From assembly GCA_008690995.1 (NCBI GenBank), contig VRMN01000003.1:744001-808000 (forward strand): 64,000 bases of DNA, read 5' to 3'. Below are positions 21,243 through 31,721 of this stretch, piece after piece. Position numbers and translations under genes: made by a program. The notes below the pieces were generated by a model. It was given only the letters and a program-made list of their open reading frames with translations, ran no database searches and was not told where the DNA came from. Positions within the stretch are counted from its first letter, which is position 1. Each line of letters starts with the position of its first letter. Origin of the DNA: Porphyridium purpureum. Lineage: Eukaryota.

Positions 21243-23231
21243 ATGGCTTTGTTTGTTGGGCACTTTGGCAAAGTCGCTCGAAGATATGTGGAACCCGATT
21301 CCCGCGCCAAGCGTGCCTGTTCGAATTCTGGTTTGATACTGGCTGGTAGAACGCGCGTCGCGCATTGCGCGGCTCTTCCCTCCCGCGCGCACATCCATGA
21401 TTCAACGGCAGAGTACCAGGTGCAAGATCTTTACACTGGGCCACCATCGTCTGCCGCAGAGCTTGGGGTGGACATCTACGACACCACGTTGAGAGATGGC
21501 TCGCAGGGCGAAGGGATCTCATTCAGTGTGGAGGATAAGCTGCGCATCCTCCAGCGTTTGGACGACTTGGGCGTCGCATTCATTGAAGGCGGCTGGCCAG
21601 GTTCAAACCCGAAAGATGCTGCTTTCTTTGAAGCCGCCAAGAAAGTCCCATTGAAGAACGCAAAGCTGGCGGCGTTTGGCTCAACGAGGTACAAGAACGT
21701 GTTGTGTGAACAAGACGCCAACTTGGCCGCTCTTCTTGAGGCGCAAACACCCGTGGTGACAATTGTGGGCAAGGCTGCGAAAAAGCAGGTGGAGTTGGTC
21801 CTCAGTGCCTCCCCTGAGGAAAACCTGGCCATGATTTCCGAGTCGGTGCACTACTTGGTGAGCCACGGGCGCACGGTTATGTTTGACGCCGAACACTTTT
21901 TTGACGGATACCAAGCCGATCGTGAGTATGCTTTACAGTGCTGTCGCGCAGCGGCAGAGGCTGGTGCGCACGTGATTGTTCTATGTGATACGAATGGCGG
22001 CTCAACACCATGGCAGATTGAATGCATCACTGCGACGGTCTCAAAGGAGTTGACCTTGCTCGAGCAAAGCGGGAGGGCCGCGGCAACAAAAGTCGGGATC
22101 CATTGCCACAACGACATGGAGCTTGCTGTAGCCAACTCGGTGGCTGCCGTGCGCGGAGGCGCCTCTTTGGTCCAAGGCACGGCGAATGGGTTGGGGGAAA
22201 GGACAGGAAACGCAAATTTAATGAGCATTATTCCCATTTTGGCTCTAAAAATGGGGCGTTCATGCCTGGCAGACATCAGCAAGCTCAGTCAAATGACGTC
22301 CATGTCGCGCTTCATTGATGAAATGGCGAACCAACCACACGTTCCAAGCCGGCCGTTCGTCGGCGCATCGGCGTTTGCGCATAAGGGCGGTCTCCATGTG
22401 GCAGCTGTGCTAAAGGATGAGAGCACGTACCAGCATATTGACCCCAAAATAGTTGGCAATGAAAGGCGTGTGCTGGTCAGTGAGCTCTCCGGGCGAGGAA
22501 ACATCGTGTCGAAAATGCAGGAATTCGGTATTTTGTCCGAGTCCAGTGACAGCGTGAAAAAAAATTCAAAGCTTGTCTTGGACCAGATCAAAGAGTTGGA
22601 GAATTGTGGATACACGTTCGAAGGGGCAGAGGCGTCTGTGGAGCTGATGATTCGGCGCGCTATGGCCTCGTACACGTCTCCGTTTGAATTGTTGGACTTT
22701 AATGTCACAACAGGCAAGCGCAGTGCGAACGAAGGCGGTGACTTTAGCCAAAAATCGAATGTTCCTTTTGGAGATAGTCCGTCGCAGGCCGTAGTTCGCA
22801 TGCGATTGCTGGTAGGCGACGAAGATATGTGCGCGGTGCGCAATACCCTCGAAGTGGGCGAAGGGAATGGACCTGTGGACGCACTGAACGCGGCCATTCG
22901 GCGCTCCCTGCTGCCATTCTTTCCAAGCTTGGCAGAGCTCGTTTTGGTGGACTACAAGGTGCGTATTCTGGACAACGAAAGTGCCACGCGGGCGATAACG
23001 CGAGTTAGTATCACGTTTAAGGACGTTGGGGAGAACAGGGAGTGGACCACAGTTTCTGCTCATCCGAACATCATTATTGCAAGCTTAAACTCACTTCTGG
23101 ATGGGTTTGAATTTGCCATGCTCAGCCGGCACGGTCCGGACTGTTTGGTCACTGCTTCGAGCACTGATACCATTTCTGAAGGCATCACGCAGCGTATAGC
23201 GACAGCGGCAGAACCAGTCGCCAGGGAATAG
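21243..23231 (+). CDS. cimA: Citramalate synthase (CimA-type DRE-TIM metallolyase), probable plastid targeting
   Basis: DTTLRDGSQGEG, IEGGWPGSNPKD, FDAEHFFDGY, HCHND, AFAHKGGLH, VSELSGRGN and GNGPVDAL..VDYKVRI motifs typical of the bacterial CimA clade rather than LeuA. Presequence MALFV. Confidence 0.85.
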   Translation: MALFVGHFGKVARRYVEPDSRAKRACSNSGLILAGRTRVAHCAALPSRAHIHDSTAEYQVQDLYTGPPSSAAELGVDIYDTTLRDGSQGEGISFSVEDKLRILQRLDDLGVAFIEGGWPGSNPKDAAFFEAAKKVPLKNAKLAAFGSTRYKNVLCEQDANLAALLEAQTPVVTIVGKAAKKQVELVLSASPEENLAMISESVHYLVSHGRTVMFDAEHFFDGYQADREYALQCCRAAAEAGAHVIVLCDTNGGSTPWQIECITATVSKELTLLEQSGRAAATKVGIHCHNDMELAVANSVAAVRGGASLVQGTANGLGERTGNANLMSIIPILALKMGRSCLADISKLSQMTSMSRFIDEMANQPHVPSRPFVGASAFAHKGGLHVAAVLKDESTYQHIDPKIVGNERRVLVSELSGRGNIVSKMQEFGILSESSDSVKKNSKLVLDQIKELENCGYTFEGAEASVELMIRRAMASYTSPFELLDFNVTTGKRSANEGGDFSQKSNVPFGDSPSQAVVRMRLLVGDEDMCAVRNTLEVGEGNGPVDALNAAIRRSLLPFFPSLAELVLVDYKVRILDNESATRAITRVSITFKDVGENREWTTVSAHPNIIIASLNSLLDGFEFAMLSRHGPDCLVTASSTDTISEGITQRIATAAEPVARE

Positions 23232-23350
23232 TAGCTTGCTATTTTGCTTTCTTGTGCGAATAAAGAAAGGATCGATCCGAGTATTCATTTGATTTCCCTC
23301 CGCATTGGCATGGCATTTAGACTTATCAGGGAGACCCTAGAGCACGAGTC

Positions 23351-23794
23351 TCATTGGGCGTGGGGCTCGTTATGGATAAAATTAATGATGTCTGGAATCG
23401 TCTCCACTCCATCAGCGTCTCCGTCCGGAACTTCAATCATGAACTCCTCTTCGATGGCGATGAGAAGCTCGACGGTGGACAACGAATCGATGCCGAGATC
23501 GTTCCTCAGGTGCGACGTCTCCGTGACCTTGGACGGGTCGACGTTCTCGAAGGCCTTGACGACATCCAAGACCCTTTCCGTAATTTGCGCGCGTGGCAAG
23601 AAGCCGGGCTCATCGCCCACGGAGGGGTCGTACACCTCCATGTCGCTCGCGAACCAGCGGCGCACCGCGAGCGGCATCGCGCCGCCGCCGCCGCCTGCGG
23701 CACCCACGACGCCACCTGCGAGCGTCGTCTGCCGCATCATCATTCTCACCGCACCTCGCGATGCCGGACGAAAGAACGCGCCCATGCCCGCCAT
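23351..23794 (-). CDS. NDUFAB1: Mitochondrial acyl carrier protein
   Basis: NDLGIDSLSTVELLIAIEEEF phosphopantetheine motif, ERVLDVVKAF..VDPSKV and an Arg-rich presequence. Confidence 0.93.
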   Translation of the reverse strand: MAGMGAFFRPASRGAVRMMMRQTTLAGGVVGAAGGGGGAMPLAVRRWFASDMEVYDPSVGDEPGFLPRAQITERVLDVVKAFENVDPSKVTETSHLRNDLGIDSLSTVELLIAIEEEFMIEVPDGDADGVETIPDIINFIHNEPHAQ

Positions 23795-24331
23795 CTTGTC
23801 GCTCTTCCGTGCGCGCCGATTCCAAAGAGTGTCGCGCGGCTGCTTTCACTGCGACCCTGCCGTCACACCCACCTTCGCTGCTCGAAACCGCGCAGGCCGC
23901 ACAGTACACCCAAGCGCAAGTGCTCACTGTACCTTCACGGCACACGCACTGTACCGATCATCGGAACGGTACTTTTCCGTATGTAGACAGCCGCGTTTCC
24001 GCGTCCTGGCGCTCGTCTTGCGCTGTGCTAGTCAGGCGATGCGAGGTTGGATCGCCACAGAGTCCGGCATCTGTGCGGCACGGTGTGAATCTTTCCCACG
24101 AACGGGCGTCAGGCGCGCAAGTGGCGGGAGCGCGATCGACAGACCACCAGCACGGGCGGCCAGCGCGCCGGTGGGAGAGCGGCGCGGGAAGTGCGGTTGC
24201 ACCCGCGAGTCGTCAGGTGGCAGCGGTCGGCTGCGCGGCGAGGTGGTCTGTGGTTGCACGGAAGGCGCTGTGGGGCGCGTACTTATGCAAGACGACAGCG
24301 TGCAAAGCCAAACAGTTCGGACCCTCGAAGT

Positions 24332-25453
24332 ATGGCAGTCGCAACGTCGATGGCCGCAGTGGACACAAGTGAATCGAGGTTGAAAGAGAACGTCGCCATG
24401 TCGTCCGACGCCGACGACCAAAAGTCAGCAACGAAAAAGAGCGTCGCGCACGAGGCTACCATGCTCGTGACAATCGTCTCGATTCTCTTCTGGTACGCCT
24501 TCAACGGCGCAACCGTCATCCTCAACAGATACATCTTCATGGAGGCTTTTGGTTTCAAATTTCCGCTCACCCTCACGTTCTTGCACATGCTCTCTGGCTT
24601 TGTGCTCTCGATTGCGTGCTTCAAGACTCGCGTCCTGCCGATGCAGATGCTTCCCTTGAGTATCACAGTGTACACAAAGGAGCGGCTGATATTCGCGTTG
24701 CTCTTTGTGGGAAATATTATTTTGGGCAATGTGGCGCTGCGCTTCATTCCGGTCTCATTCATGCAGACCGTCAAATCCGGTGTGCCATTCTTTGTGTGTT
24801 TATTCTCATTCGCCCTGTTCGGCGTGCGATACACAGCCCAGACACTTCTGTCAATGATCCCTGTCGTGTTTGGTGTCTGCCTCGCGTCGTTGAACGAACT
24901 GTCCTTTGACATGCGTGGCTTCATTGCGGTGCTTGCCGCGTGCTTTGTGCAGGCCCTCCAAATTGTGTTTGCATCAAGGCTGCTTCGCAGCTCTCCGGAG
25001 GATGAGGCCGCGGCTAGGGCAAGCGAACTCGAAAGTCAGAGTTCAGACCAACAAGCGTCAAAGGTGGTCGTGAATACAGAAAAACTAGACGCCTTCAACA
25101 CTGTGATTCTGGTCGCGCCGCCTGCGCTGGTCTTCTTGTCTCCGTTGATTTTGACCACGGAGCTGTACCCATTGATGAATTGGTTGTCTGTGAAAGGTAG
25201 TTTCGAACTCTTTGTCCTGATCGGGAGCTGCCTCATCGCATTCGCCCTTAACCTTTCCTCGTTTTGGCTCTTGAAAGTAGTCACAGGGGTGACATACGCA
25301 ACTGCCGGCAATTTCAAGGTTGTGGTGGTCATTATTGTGAGCGTCATGATTTTCAAGAACCCAATTTCAGGACAAGCCGCGATGGGTTGTATAATCACAG
25401 TGTTAGGCTGCTTTTGGTACGCCAGCATCAAGAACCGTACCATCGAAAGCTGA
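24332..25453 (+). CDS. Nucleotide-sugar transporter (TPT/NST, DMT superfamily)
   Basis: WYAFN...ILNRYIF...FKFPLTLTFLH, NVALRFIPVSFMQTVKS and TYATAGNFKVV motifs; about 10 hydrophobic segments. Confidence 0.9.
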   Translation: MAVATSMAAVDTSESRLKENVAMSSDADDQKSATKKSVAHEATMLVTIVSILFWYAFNGATVILNRYIFMEAFGFKFPLTLTFLHMLSGFVLSIACFKTRVLPMQMLPLSITVYTKERLIFALLFVGNIILGNVALRFIPVSFMQTVKSGVPFFVCLFSFALFGVRYTAQTLLSMIPVVFGVCLASLNELSFDMRGFIAVLAACFVQALQIVFASRLLRSSPEDEAAARASELESQSSDQQASKVVVNTEKLDAFNTVILVAPPALVFLSPLILTTELYPLMNWLSVKGSFELFVLIGSCLIAFALNLSSFWLLKVVTGVTYATAGNFKVVVVIIVSVMIFKNPISGQAAMGCIITVLGCFWYASIKNRTIES

Positions 25454-25750
25454 AATGTCGTGTCGTTCAGATACTCTGTTCATGTTTCTCAATAAAGATT
25501 GGAGCCGCACCTGATGCTGGGGAGTTCTGATCGTAGAGAGGAATTGCATACAGGAGCATATGCATAGTATTCATCCACAGACAAAAGCTTTCTTCTGTGA
25601 TTTAGCATGTCGAACATTCTGTCCTCCGAGCGCGTCTCTAATTTTTTCCCACATCAACAAGCCAAGGATTCCCCATGGTACTCTGGAAACCGTGCAGCCG
25701 GAGTATCAGGAAAAACAAAAGTAATGAAAAGGAAGAGGAACGACTGTATT

Positions 25751-27598
25751 TCAGAAATACGGGGTGATTGGATTTTGTTCCTCATGGACTCGCTGGACGC
25801 GGCGCGCGTCGCGCTGCGCTCTCGTTGCCTGCCAGTAATTGAAAGCTATGATGGCAACTTTGATAAGCATCGACCGCCACCACGGTACCTTACGACGACC
25901 GCCGTTCAACACTGATTGTGCAGTGATCGGGTGCCCATCTGCGGAAACGGGAAGCATAGCAAGACCCGTTGCCCTTCTTTCATCTATTTGCGCTTGTACG
26001 TGCGCATGAAAGCCCTGTATGGCCCTCTGAGCAACATCAATTTCACACTTCAGCACGGCTGGCGCACGCGCGCTCTTCATCCAGACTTCAAAGGCTGCCT
26101 CGTGCTTCATAGCAATCCGCTTCGACGTCCGCTCAAAATCCTGAGAGCCTCCTACTACGAGACCAAACTCTGAGTCAAAGTCGGACTCCACCGCATTCCG
26201 ACAACATGCTGTATACTGCTCGTGCAGAGACAGGAAACGATCCGAAAGTGTCAGGCGAAGTTGCTCGCGCTTGCTGTCACATGTTTGCGCGAGCGCAGGC
26301 GCGCTTGATCGGTATGCTTGGGTGTTGTCATCATACACTTGGAAAGCATGATTACACATACGCTCGGCGAGTTCACCGAAATCTGGCGGAGGGCTCGCCC
26401 AGCTTTCAAACAAGCGCGTTTCGAGCTTCTCAAAGTCTTCATTCATGCTGCTTTGAGCGGCCTTCAGATACTCTTCGCATCTGTACTGGGCGGCGAGAAG
26501 TGCTAGGTCTGGAAGGTCAATCGATACGACTTGAGACCCGCTAGAGGCAGCCATACTTTCCCGAACAGTTTCCCAAACAGATACAGCAAAAGGCTCAAAC
26601 CCGTCAAGAGGTACCGGACGCGTCACGGAGCCCGATTCCAATATGCCCGTGATGTGGCTTAGCAGTGCCTTCGCGTCTTGGTCGTAAGCGTCACGGCAGT
26701 ACATTCGGTGTTGCAGCATGACTACACGCACATCAAAAAGATGCGATAGAGGCAGCGTTGTGTCAACCGCGTCCCAGATTGCCTGAACGTCTGTCAGAAC
26801 CGCACGCTGAACCTCATCTTCGGACGCGTCCATATCCACATCTCGAACAACGATCACAATCTGCGTTACCGGTGTTGCTACCCTAGTGGATGTAGCAGCA
26901 GAGTCCAGAGCCTCTTCTCCTCCCATTCTCTCTCCAGCTTCGGTGCGAGGAACCCGCGGAGCTAGCGGCTGAAAGCGCACTTTATTGGCGCGTTCAAGAC
27001 GAAGAGCTTCCCGGAAGACCACTTGCAGGAGCTCAAAGTTGGACGCTTGATAACGCCCCAAATCATGGAACCAAACGTTCAGGAGCACGACGTCGCACAC
27101 GGCCAGCGCGAAAAGGGTGGTGCAGCTCTCGAAGACTTTGCTGCTCGCCTCGAGCTCGCCGCGCTCCCTGGAGTCTGTGCCTTCGATGTCCAGAACCACA
27201 GCGTATCGATTCGACACTCGGTACGAGTCGTCTGTGCTGTCTCTGCGCATTGAACTGGCACCGCCGCTTGACGGTGTGGAGGATGCGCGCTGTCTGTGCT
27301 GCAAATTCTGCAACGGTGAGTATGCGAGCCACACGCCCTGTGTGGTACGCCGACGACCATGCAAGGGAGCGTCCAGCACGGGAAACTGAGTTCCAAACAC
27401 ATCATTCAGCAGCGTTGACTTTCCGCTGCTCTGGGAACCCACGACCGCCACGACGGCGTACTCTGACGCGCAGGCTCGCATGCTCAGCTGGAGCTGGCGC
27501 TGCGCCTGCTCGGAGCCATCCTTCTCCAAGCCACCGGTCGGTGCGTCCTGCACTGGCACGTGCTCGCCGTGCGAGGAGATGAACTGGCGCTCCCACAT
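25751..27598 (-). CDS. RHD3: RHD3/Sey1-like (atlastin-type) GTPase, shortened C-terminus
   Basis: GSQSSGKSTLLN..FGTQF.VLDA, RRRTTQG, DIEGTDSRERG, DLGRYQASN..LL and IVVRD motifs. Confidence 0.85.
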   Translation of the reverse strand: MWERQFISSHGEHVPVQDAPTGGLEKDGSEQAQRQLQLSMRACASEYAVVAVVGSQSSGKSTLLNDVFGTQFPVLDAPLHGRRRTTQGVWLAYSPLQNLQHRQRASSTPSSGGASSMRRDSTDDSYRVSNRYAVVLDIEGTDSRERGELEASSKVFESCTTLFALAVCDVVLLNVWFHDLGRYQASNFELLQVVFREALRLERANKVRFQPLAPRVPRTEAGERMGGEEALDSAATSTRVATPVTQIVIVVRDVDMDASEDEVQRAVLTDVQAIWDAVDTTLPLSHLFDVRVVMLQHRMYCRDAYDQDAKALLSHITGILESGSVTRPVPLDGFEPFAVSVWETVRESMAASSGSQVVSIDLPDLALLAAQYRCEEYLKAAQSSMNEDFEKLETRLFESWASPPPDFGELAERMCNHAFQVYDDNTQAYRSSAPALAQTCDSKREQLRLTLSDRFLSLHEQYTACCRNAVESDFDSEFGLVVGGSQDFERTSKRIAMKHEAAFEVWMKSARAPAVLKCEIDVAQRAIQGFHAHVQAQIDERRATGLAMLPVSADGHPITAQSVLNGGRRKVPWWRSMLIKVAIIAFNYWQATRAQRDARRVQRVHEEQNPITPYF

Positions 27599-28146
27599 TC
27601 TTCCGTGTCGCACTGCCCTTCTGCCCACTGCTGCGCACGCCGCTCTGCCACCGACCGATATGCCGCTGGGCCGCAGTCAACGCCGCGCGTCGCGTGCGCG
27701 CAAAGCCTTCAACACATCCGGGCGCATCGCCTGCCTGAGTCACTGTACCGTAAGTACTGTACTCGCTCACGTCACAACATCAGAAGTAATGCTGCATGAC
27801 AAATCAATGACACATTCACTCTGTCCGCTGTGCGGGTGTACACCATCAAGGGTACAGCCTTACCGTGACTTCATAAGTCCTTCTGAGACACGTTAGGTTT
27901 CGGCTCTTTCGGAGCGACATGCGTCGGCTGCGGCTGCGGCTCTCTGCTTGCGCCCCGCACAGACGCCGAGGCCGCAACAGAAGCGACAGCGGTAAGAGCA
28001 GCGCGTCTCCTCCCGGGGCTGTGCGAAAGCGGCTTCGCAAGCCCGCGCTGGGATTTCCTCGCCCGGAGCGCGAAGACGAACAAATCTTGGGTCGTCGTGA
28101 AGTGGTCGGGTCAGAAGACAGGCCACGTTGCCGCCTGAGCGCCCCA

Positions 28147-29847
28147 ATGATGGCTTCGTGGCCGCGGGCCTGGTTGGTCGTCCTATTGCTCGGGCTCAGT
28201 GGGAGCGTGTCCCGCGCAGGCGCCTTTCGATTTCTGCTGGGTGCCGATAGCTCTACCGCGCGCGAAGAACAGATAGCCAATCTGGGTAAGCTGAGCCGCG
28301 CGGCAGCGTACTTCCACGGCCTGAGTAGGTTTGGCGTCACAAATAATTTCGATACTTCGTGGGACTATGTCCAGGGCATACTGTACGCCGCATTGCCATG
28401 GCTTGTGGTCGGGTCCGTTGTCGCTTTCGCTGGGTTTGTCATGATGATCGTGCGGTTCACTTGCGCGCGGAAGTATTACGACTATTTTGACGACTATTGG
28501 CGCTCCCGCGGTTTGAAGAGGCACTTGATTCAGGGCTCTGTCTCTGCAATACTTTCAATCGGTATCGTGTCCTTTGGTGCCATCTCGTTGATGGAAAACT
28601 TTCTGATTTCACAGTCCCTGTTTCGATTTCTCGACTACTTGGACAACATGGTCGACGGGCTTCAGAATGGCGCTATCCTGATTTTGAACTCAGCGTCGTT
28701 TCTATCGGATCGAAGCATTATCACGCTCGCTAATCTGGCTGATCGGTACGAAGGTCTTCTCTCGCAGGACGCGCAGAACAAGCTGAACACGGCGGCCAAC
28801 ATTCTAACGACACTGAACAACCGGGCAAGGGATCTGAATGCAGCTCTGCAGTCCTTCAACAGTCAAATTAATGACGTCCAGGACCTCATCAATACCGCAT
28901 CTATTATCTTGTACGCGACGCTGGGTCCTATCATCTTCATCACAATGCTCAGTTCCGTTCTGGCGCTGTTGTATGCCACGTTTCGGAATACGTATACCCG
29001 TGTGATTGTTCTGCTTGGGTATCTGATCCCTATGAGTTTGGCATGGGTCATGCTTGCCGCCACGGTGGTCCTTGGCTGTGGCGTAGGCGATATGTGCAGC
29101 CTTTCGCAGGATTTCACGGACTCCATCTTGTATTCGTTGGAATTAACGGACATGCCTCCTTCAGGACAGCCGAATTGGATATCTGAGAACTTGCAGTGCC
29201 CGGACATCAGCCAATCCGTCCAGCAGCAGATTGAAGAGGCAACGACGTTCATCGACGACAATCTAGACATTGTCTCGCTTCTTGCGGCGACGCCCGACGA
29301 TACAATGAGCAACGTAGCACGCCTGGTGAGGTCGTATCTTGATGACTTGGAGGCATGTGACGTTCTCCTGGACGGGCTGTACGTTTTCAACGATGTTTTT
29401 TGTGATGAGGATTCGCTGGTTCAGTCCGTGCTGATTCTGTACATATGCTACGTCATCATGTCCTTTTTCATCAGTTTTATGTACTTTGCCGGGCTGTGGG
29501 GCATGAACATGGCTGAGTGGTCTCAAATCTGGCCCTTGTGGGTCGATGTGGAGGAAACCGATGTTGTTTCCGATAAGTTGGTGGACCCGATGGACTATGA
29601 TATGTACGACCATGGTATGCACAGTCCTCAAGCACAAGAGTTTGATGCAGTCGAGTATGAAAACGATGCATACGACGGCTACGACGCAAATCAGCAATTC
29701 GAGCAGTATGATGCGCCGAACGCCCGCGACGACGAGTTTCAATCTTCGCATTATGAGCCCGTCGAGCCGGTGTATGAGCAATCTACCGACGCAATGCCTG
29801 GATATCCAGAACCCGACCAGTCAAACACCGGTAATCATTGGGTCTAG
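28147..29847 (+). CDS. Tweety/prominin-like multi-pass membrane protein
   Basis: Signal peptide, TM1 YVQGILYAALPWL, about 5 TMs with two large helical loops, GDMC after TM4 (compare tweety SDFC) and an acidic Tyr-rich tail. Confidence 0.6.
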   Translation: MMASWPRAWLVVLLLGLSGSVSRAGAFRFLLGADSSTAREEQIANLGKLSRAAAYFHGLSRFGVTNNFDTSWDYVQGILYAALPWLVVGSVVAFAGFVMMIVRFTCARKYYDYFDDYWRSRGLKRHLIQGSVSAILSIGIVSFGAISLMENFLISQSLFRFLDYLDNMVDGLQNGAILILNSASFLSDRSIITLANLADRYEGLLSQDAQNKLNTAANILTTLNNRARDLNAALQSFNSQINDVQDLINTASIILYATLGPIIFITMLSSVLALLYATFRNTYTRVIVLLGYLIPMSLAWVMLAATVVLGCGVGDMCSLSQDFTDSILYSLELTDMPPSGQPNWISENLQCPDISQSVQQQIEEATTFIDDNLDIVSLLAATPDDTMSNVARLVRSYLDDLEACDVLLDGLYVFNDVFCDEDSLVQSVLILYICYVIMSFFISFMYFAGLWGMNMAEWSQIWPLWVDVEETDVVSDKLVDPMDYDMYDHGMHSPQAQEFDAVEYENDAYDGYDANQQFEQYDAPNARDDEFQSSHYEPVEPVYEQSTDAMPGYPEPDQSNTGNHWV

Positions 29848-29918
29848 TCGCATCCGTTCCAGTCTGGATGAAGAAATTGAGAATTTGTTTGTGACATAGA
29901 GTTGGTGACAAGCGTCAC

Positions 29919-30488
29919 CTACCTTCTTTTGGACTCCGGTACGTCAACTTCCTGCACCGTGACCGGAATGGACCGCTCGGGGTCCCGCACTGGCGGTTTT
30001 TCCACGCGGTAATGGGATGAAATTTCATATAGCGACCTCTCTTGCTGACGCTGCTTGTCGCTGGCTTCCTCAGCGTCGTCCGCCCACCTCTCTTCACGGT
30101 TGCCGCTCGCATCATGCATTTTGGCGTCCACGTAGAACCGCATCTGCTGGTCCAGTACATGTGCTCCTCCACGCTCCGGACGAAAGCCCAGATCCATGTC
30201 ATCCTCCGCCTCCTCCGCGCTCTGTCGATGCTGGCCATCGCCCTGTCGTTCGGTCATGAGCTTCTGCAGCCGTTCTAGGCGGAGTTTGCGTGCTTCGCGC
30301 AGCGCCAGGACTCGCTCGCGCAAGTGTGCGTCCTCACCGCTGCTGAGTTCATCATCCTCCCTTGCGTTGGCGTGTCGAGACGGGGGAATCTTTGAAGCGC
30401 GCCGTCGACGTTTGCGGAAGACGGCGTTGTCGCCGTGAGGACGGAGGGGTTGAGTGTCGCTAGAGGCTGCTCTATCCCCGTCCATCAT
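29919..30488 (-). CDS. C9orf78/TLS1 (HCA59)-like splicing factor, short
   Basis: FRKRRRR, LREARKLR, HVLDQQMRFYVDAKM, SLYEISSHYRV and VQEVDVP resemble conserved C9orf78 blocks. The ORF ends immediately after the EVD block. Confidence 0.6.
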   Translation of the reverse strand: MMDGDRAASSDTQPLRPHGDNAVFRKRRRRASKIPPSRHANAREDDELSSGEDAHLRERVLALREARKLRLERLQKLMTERQGDGQHRQSAEEAEDDMDLGFRPERGGAHVLDQQMRFYVDAKMHDASGNREERWADDAEEASDKQRQQERSLYEISSHYRVEKPPVRDPERSIPVTVQEVDVPESKRR

Positions 30489-31623
30489 GGAGCGCACTTT
30501 GCTAGAAAATGGTCACTTCTCGGAAGAGCTTAGTTTGCACGCTGTTCTGCGAGATGTGCTTCCGTCGAGACGTGGCGGTGGCGTGGCGTCACCTTTCGCG
30601 GCCCCGGCTTCCCTGTTTCCGAGTGCGACGGCTTGGCAGGGCGGGTTGCGAGAGAGCGGCGATGGATCATTCGAAGAAGAGATCACGGAAGAACCTGGCA
30701 CTCGTGGACGCCGTGCGAGTTTGGTTCTGTCGTCTGGCTCACCTGAATCGACTCAGCGCGTGTCACTTCAGCTCGAAACTACCACGGAAGAGTTGAGACA
30801 TGCGGGTGTGCCACCCGCCCTGCTGAACGGCATATCGGACGTGACAGCGACCGCGCAGTGGATCGCGTCCTCGGCCAAGCCAGGCAACGGCGTGAATTTG
30901 CTCTTTGACGAGAAGCCTTCGACGTTCTGGCAAAGTGATGGCGCACAGCCGCACACATTGACAGCATTCTTCTTTCCTCGGGCGAGGTTAGTGGCCGTCC
31001 AAGTATTGCTGCATTACACACTCGATGAGTCGTACACCCCAGCGGTCATTGCGGTGCGTCACGGCACGGGGCTGCATGATCTCGTTGAAACCACCGAACC
31101 TGCAGTTTTGGACGAACCAGAAGGCTGGATTACTCTTCCACTTCATAGCAGCGTGGATGATGTCAGCCCATCGGGCGAGGGCCACCAACGGCAGCATCTT
31201 GGCGAAGAGGACCCAGAGAGTGTCTCCGGATCTCCCCTGGAAACGCCCTCTCAGCAAACACTGGAGACTGCGTTAGGTGCCCATGATGTAGCTTCGGGTT
31301 CGGGAAATGGAATTGAAGGTCAACACCAGAACTCGGGATCGCCACAACTAGGACGTTCTCGCAGAAGCAGAACGGTGGAGGACGATAATGACCTGTATCT
31401 TGCTCTGCATGCGCACGTTATCCAAATCTGCATACATGCAAACCACCAAAACGGTAGAGACTGCCACATTCGCGGTATCCGTGCGTTGGGTCTTTTGCAT
31501 GACGAGTCGAGTCGCGCGCAGACGCAAATCAGAAACAGAAGCACAGGTCCAACCTGTTCGACGTCCAGATTGCGATTAGATGACTCGAGGGACAAAATGG
31601 GCGCCTTTCCTGTCATTCGGTGA
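30487..31623 (+). CDS. APC10: Anaphase-promoting complex subunit 10 (DOC domain) with insertions
   Basis: AQWIASSAKPGNGV..L.D...TFWQSDGAQPH, DESYTP..I.VR.G, EPEGWI and IQICIHANHQNGRDCHIRGIR motifs. The only ATG upstream of the domain is 30487. Confidence 0.92.
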   Translation: MERTLLENGHFSEELSLHAVLRDVLPSRRGGGVASPFAAPASLFPSATAWQGGLRESGDGSFEEEITEEPGTRGRRASLVLSSGSPESTQRVSLQLETTTEELRHAGVPPALLNGISDVTATAQWIASSAKPGNGVNLLFDEKPSTFWQSDGAQPHTLTAFFFPRARLVAVQVLLHYTLDESYTPAVIAVRHGTGLHDLVETTEPAVLDEPEGWITLPLHSSVDDVSPSGEGHQRQHLGEEDPESVSGSPLETPSQQTLETALGAHDVASGSGNGIEGQHQNSGSPQLGRSRRSRTVEDDNDLYLALHAHVIQICIHANHQNGRDCHIRGIRALGLLHDESSRAQTQIRNRSTGPTCSTSRLRLDDSRDKMGAFPVIR

Positions 31624-31721
31624 GGCAGTGCTGCTTATGCTCCTTTTATTGCGAACGAAACACGAGCGCATAGTAGCGTGAATTTACATGGTTCGTACGG
31701 CCCTTTGAAGTGCCAGCGAAG

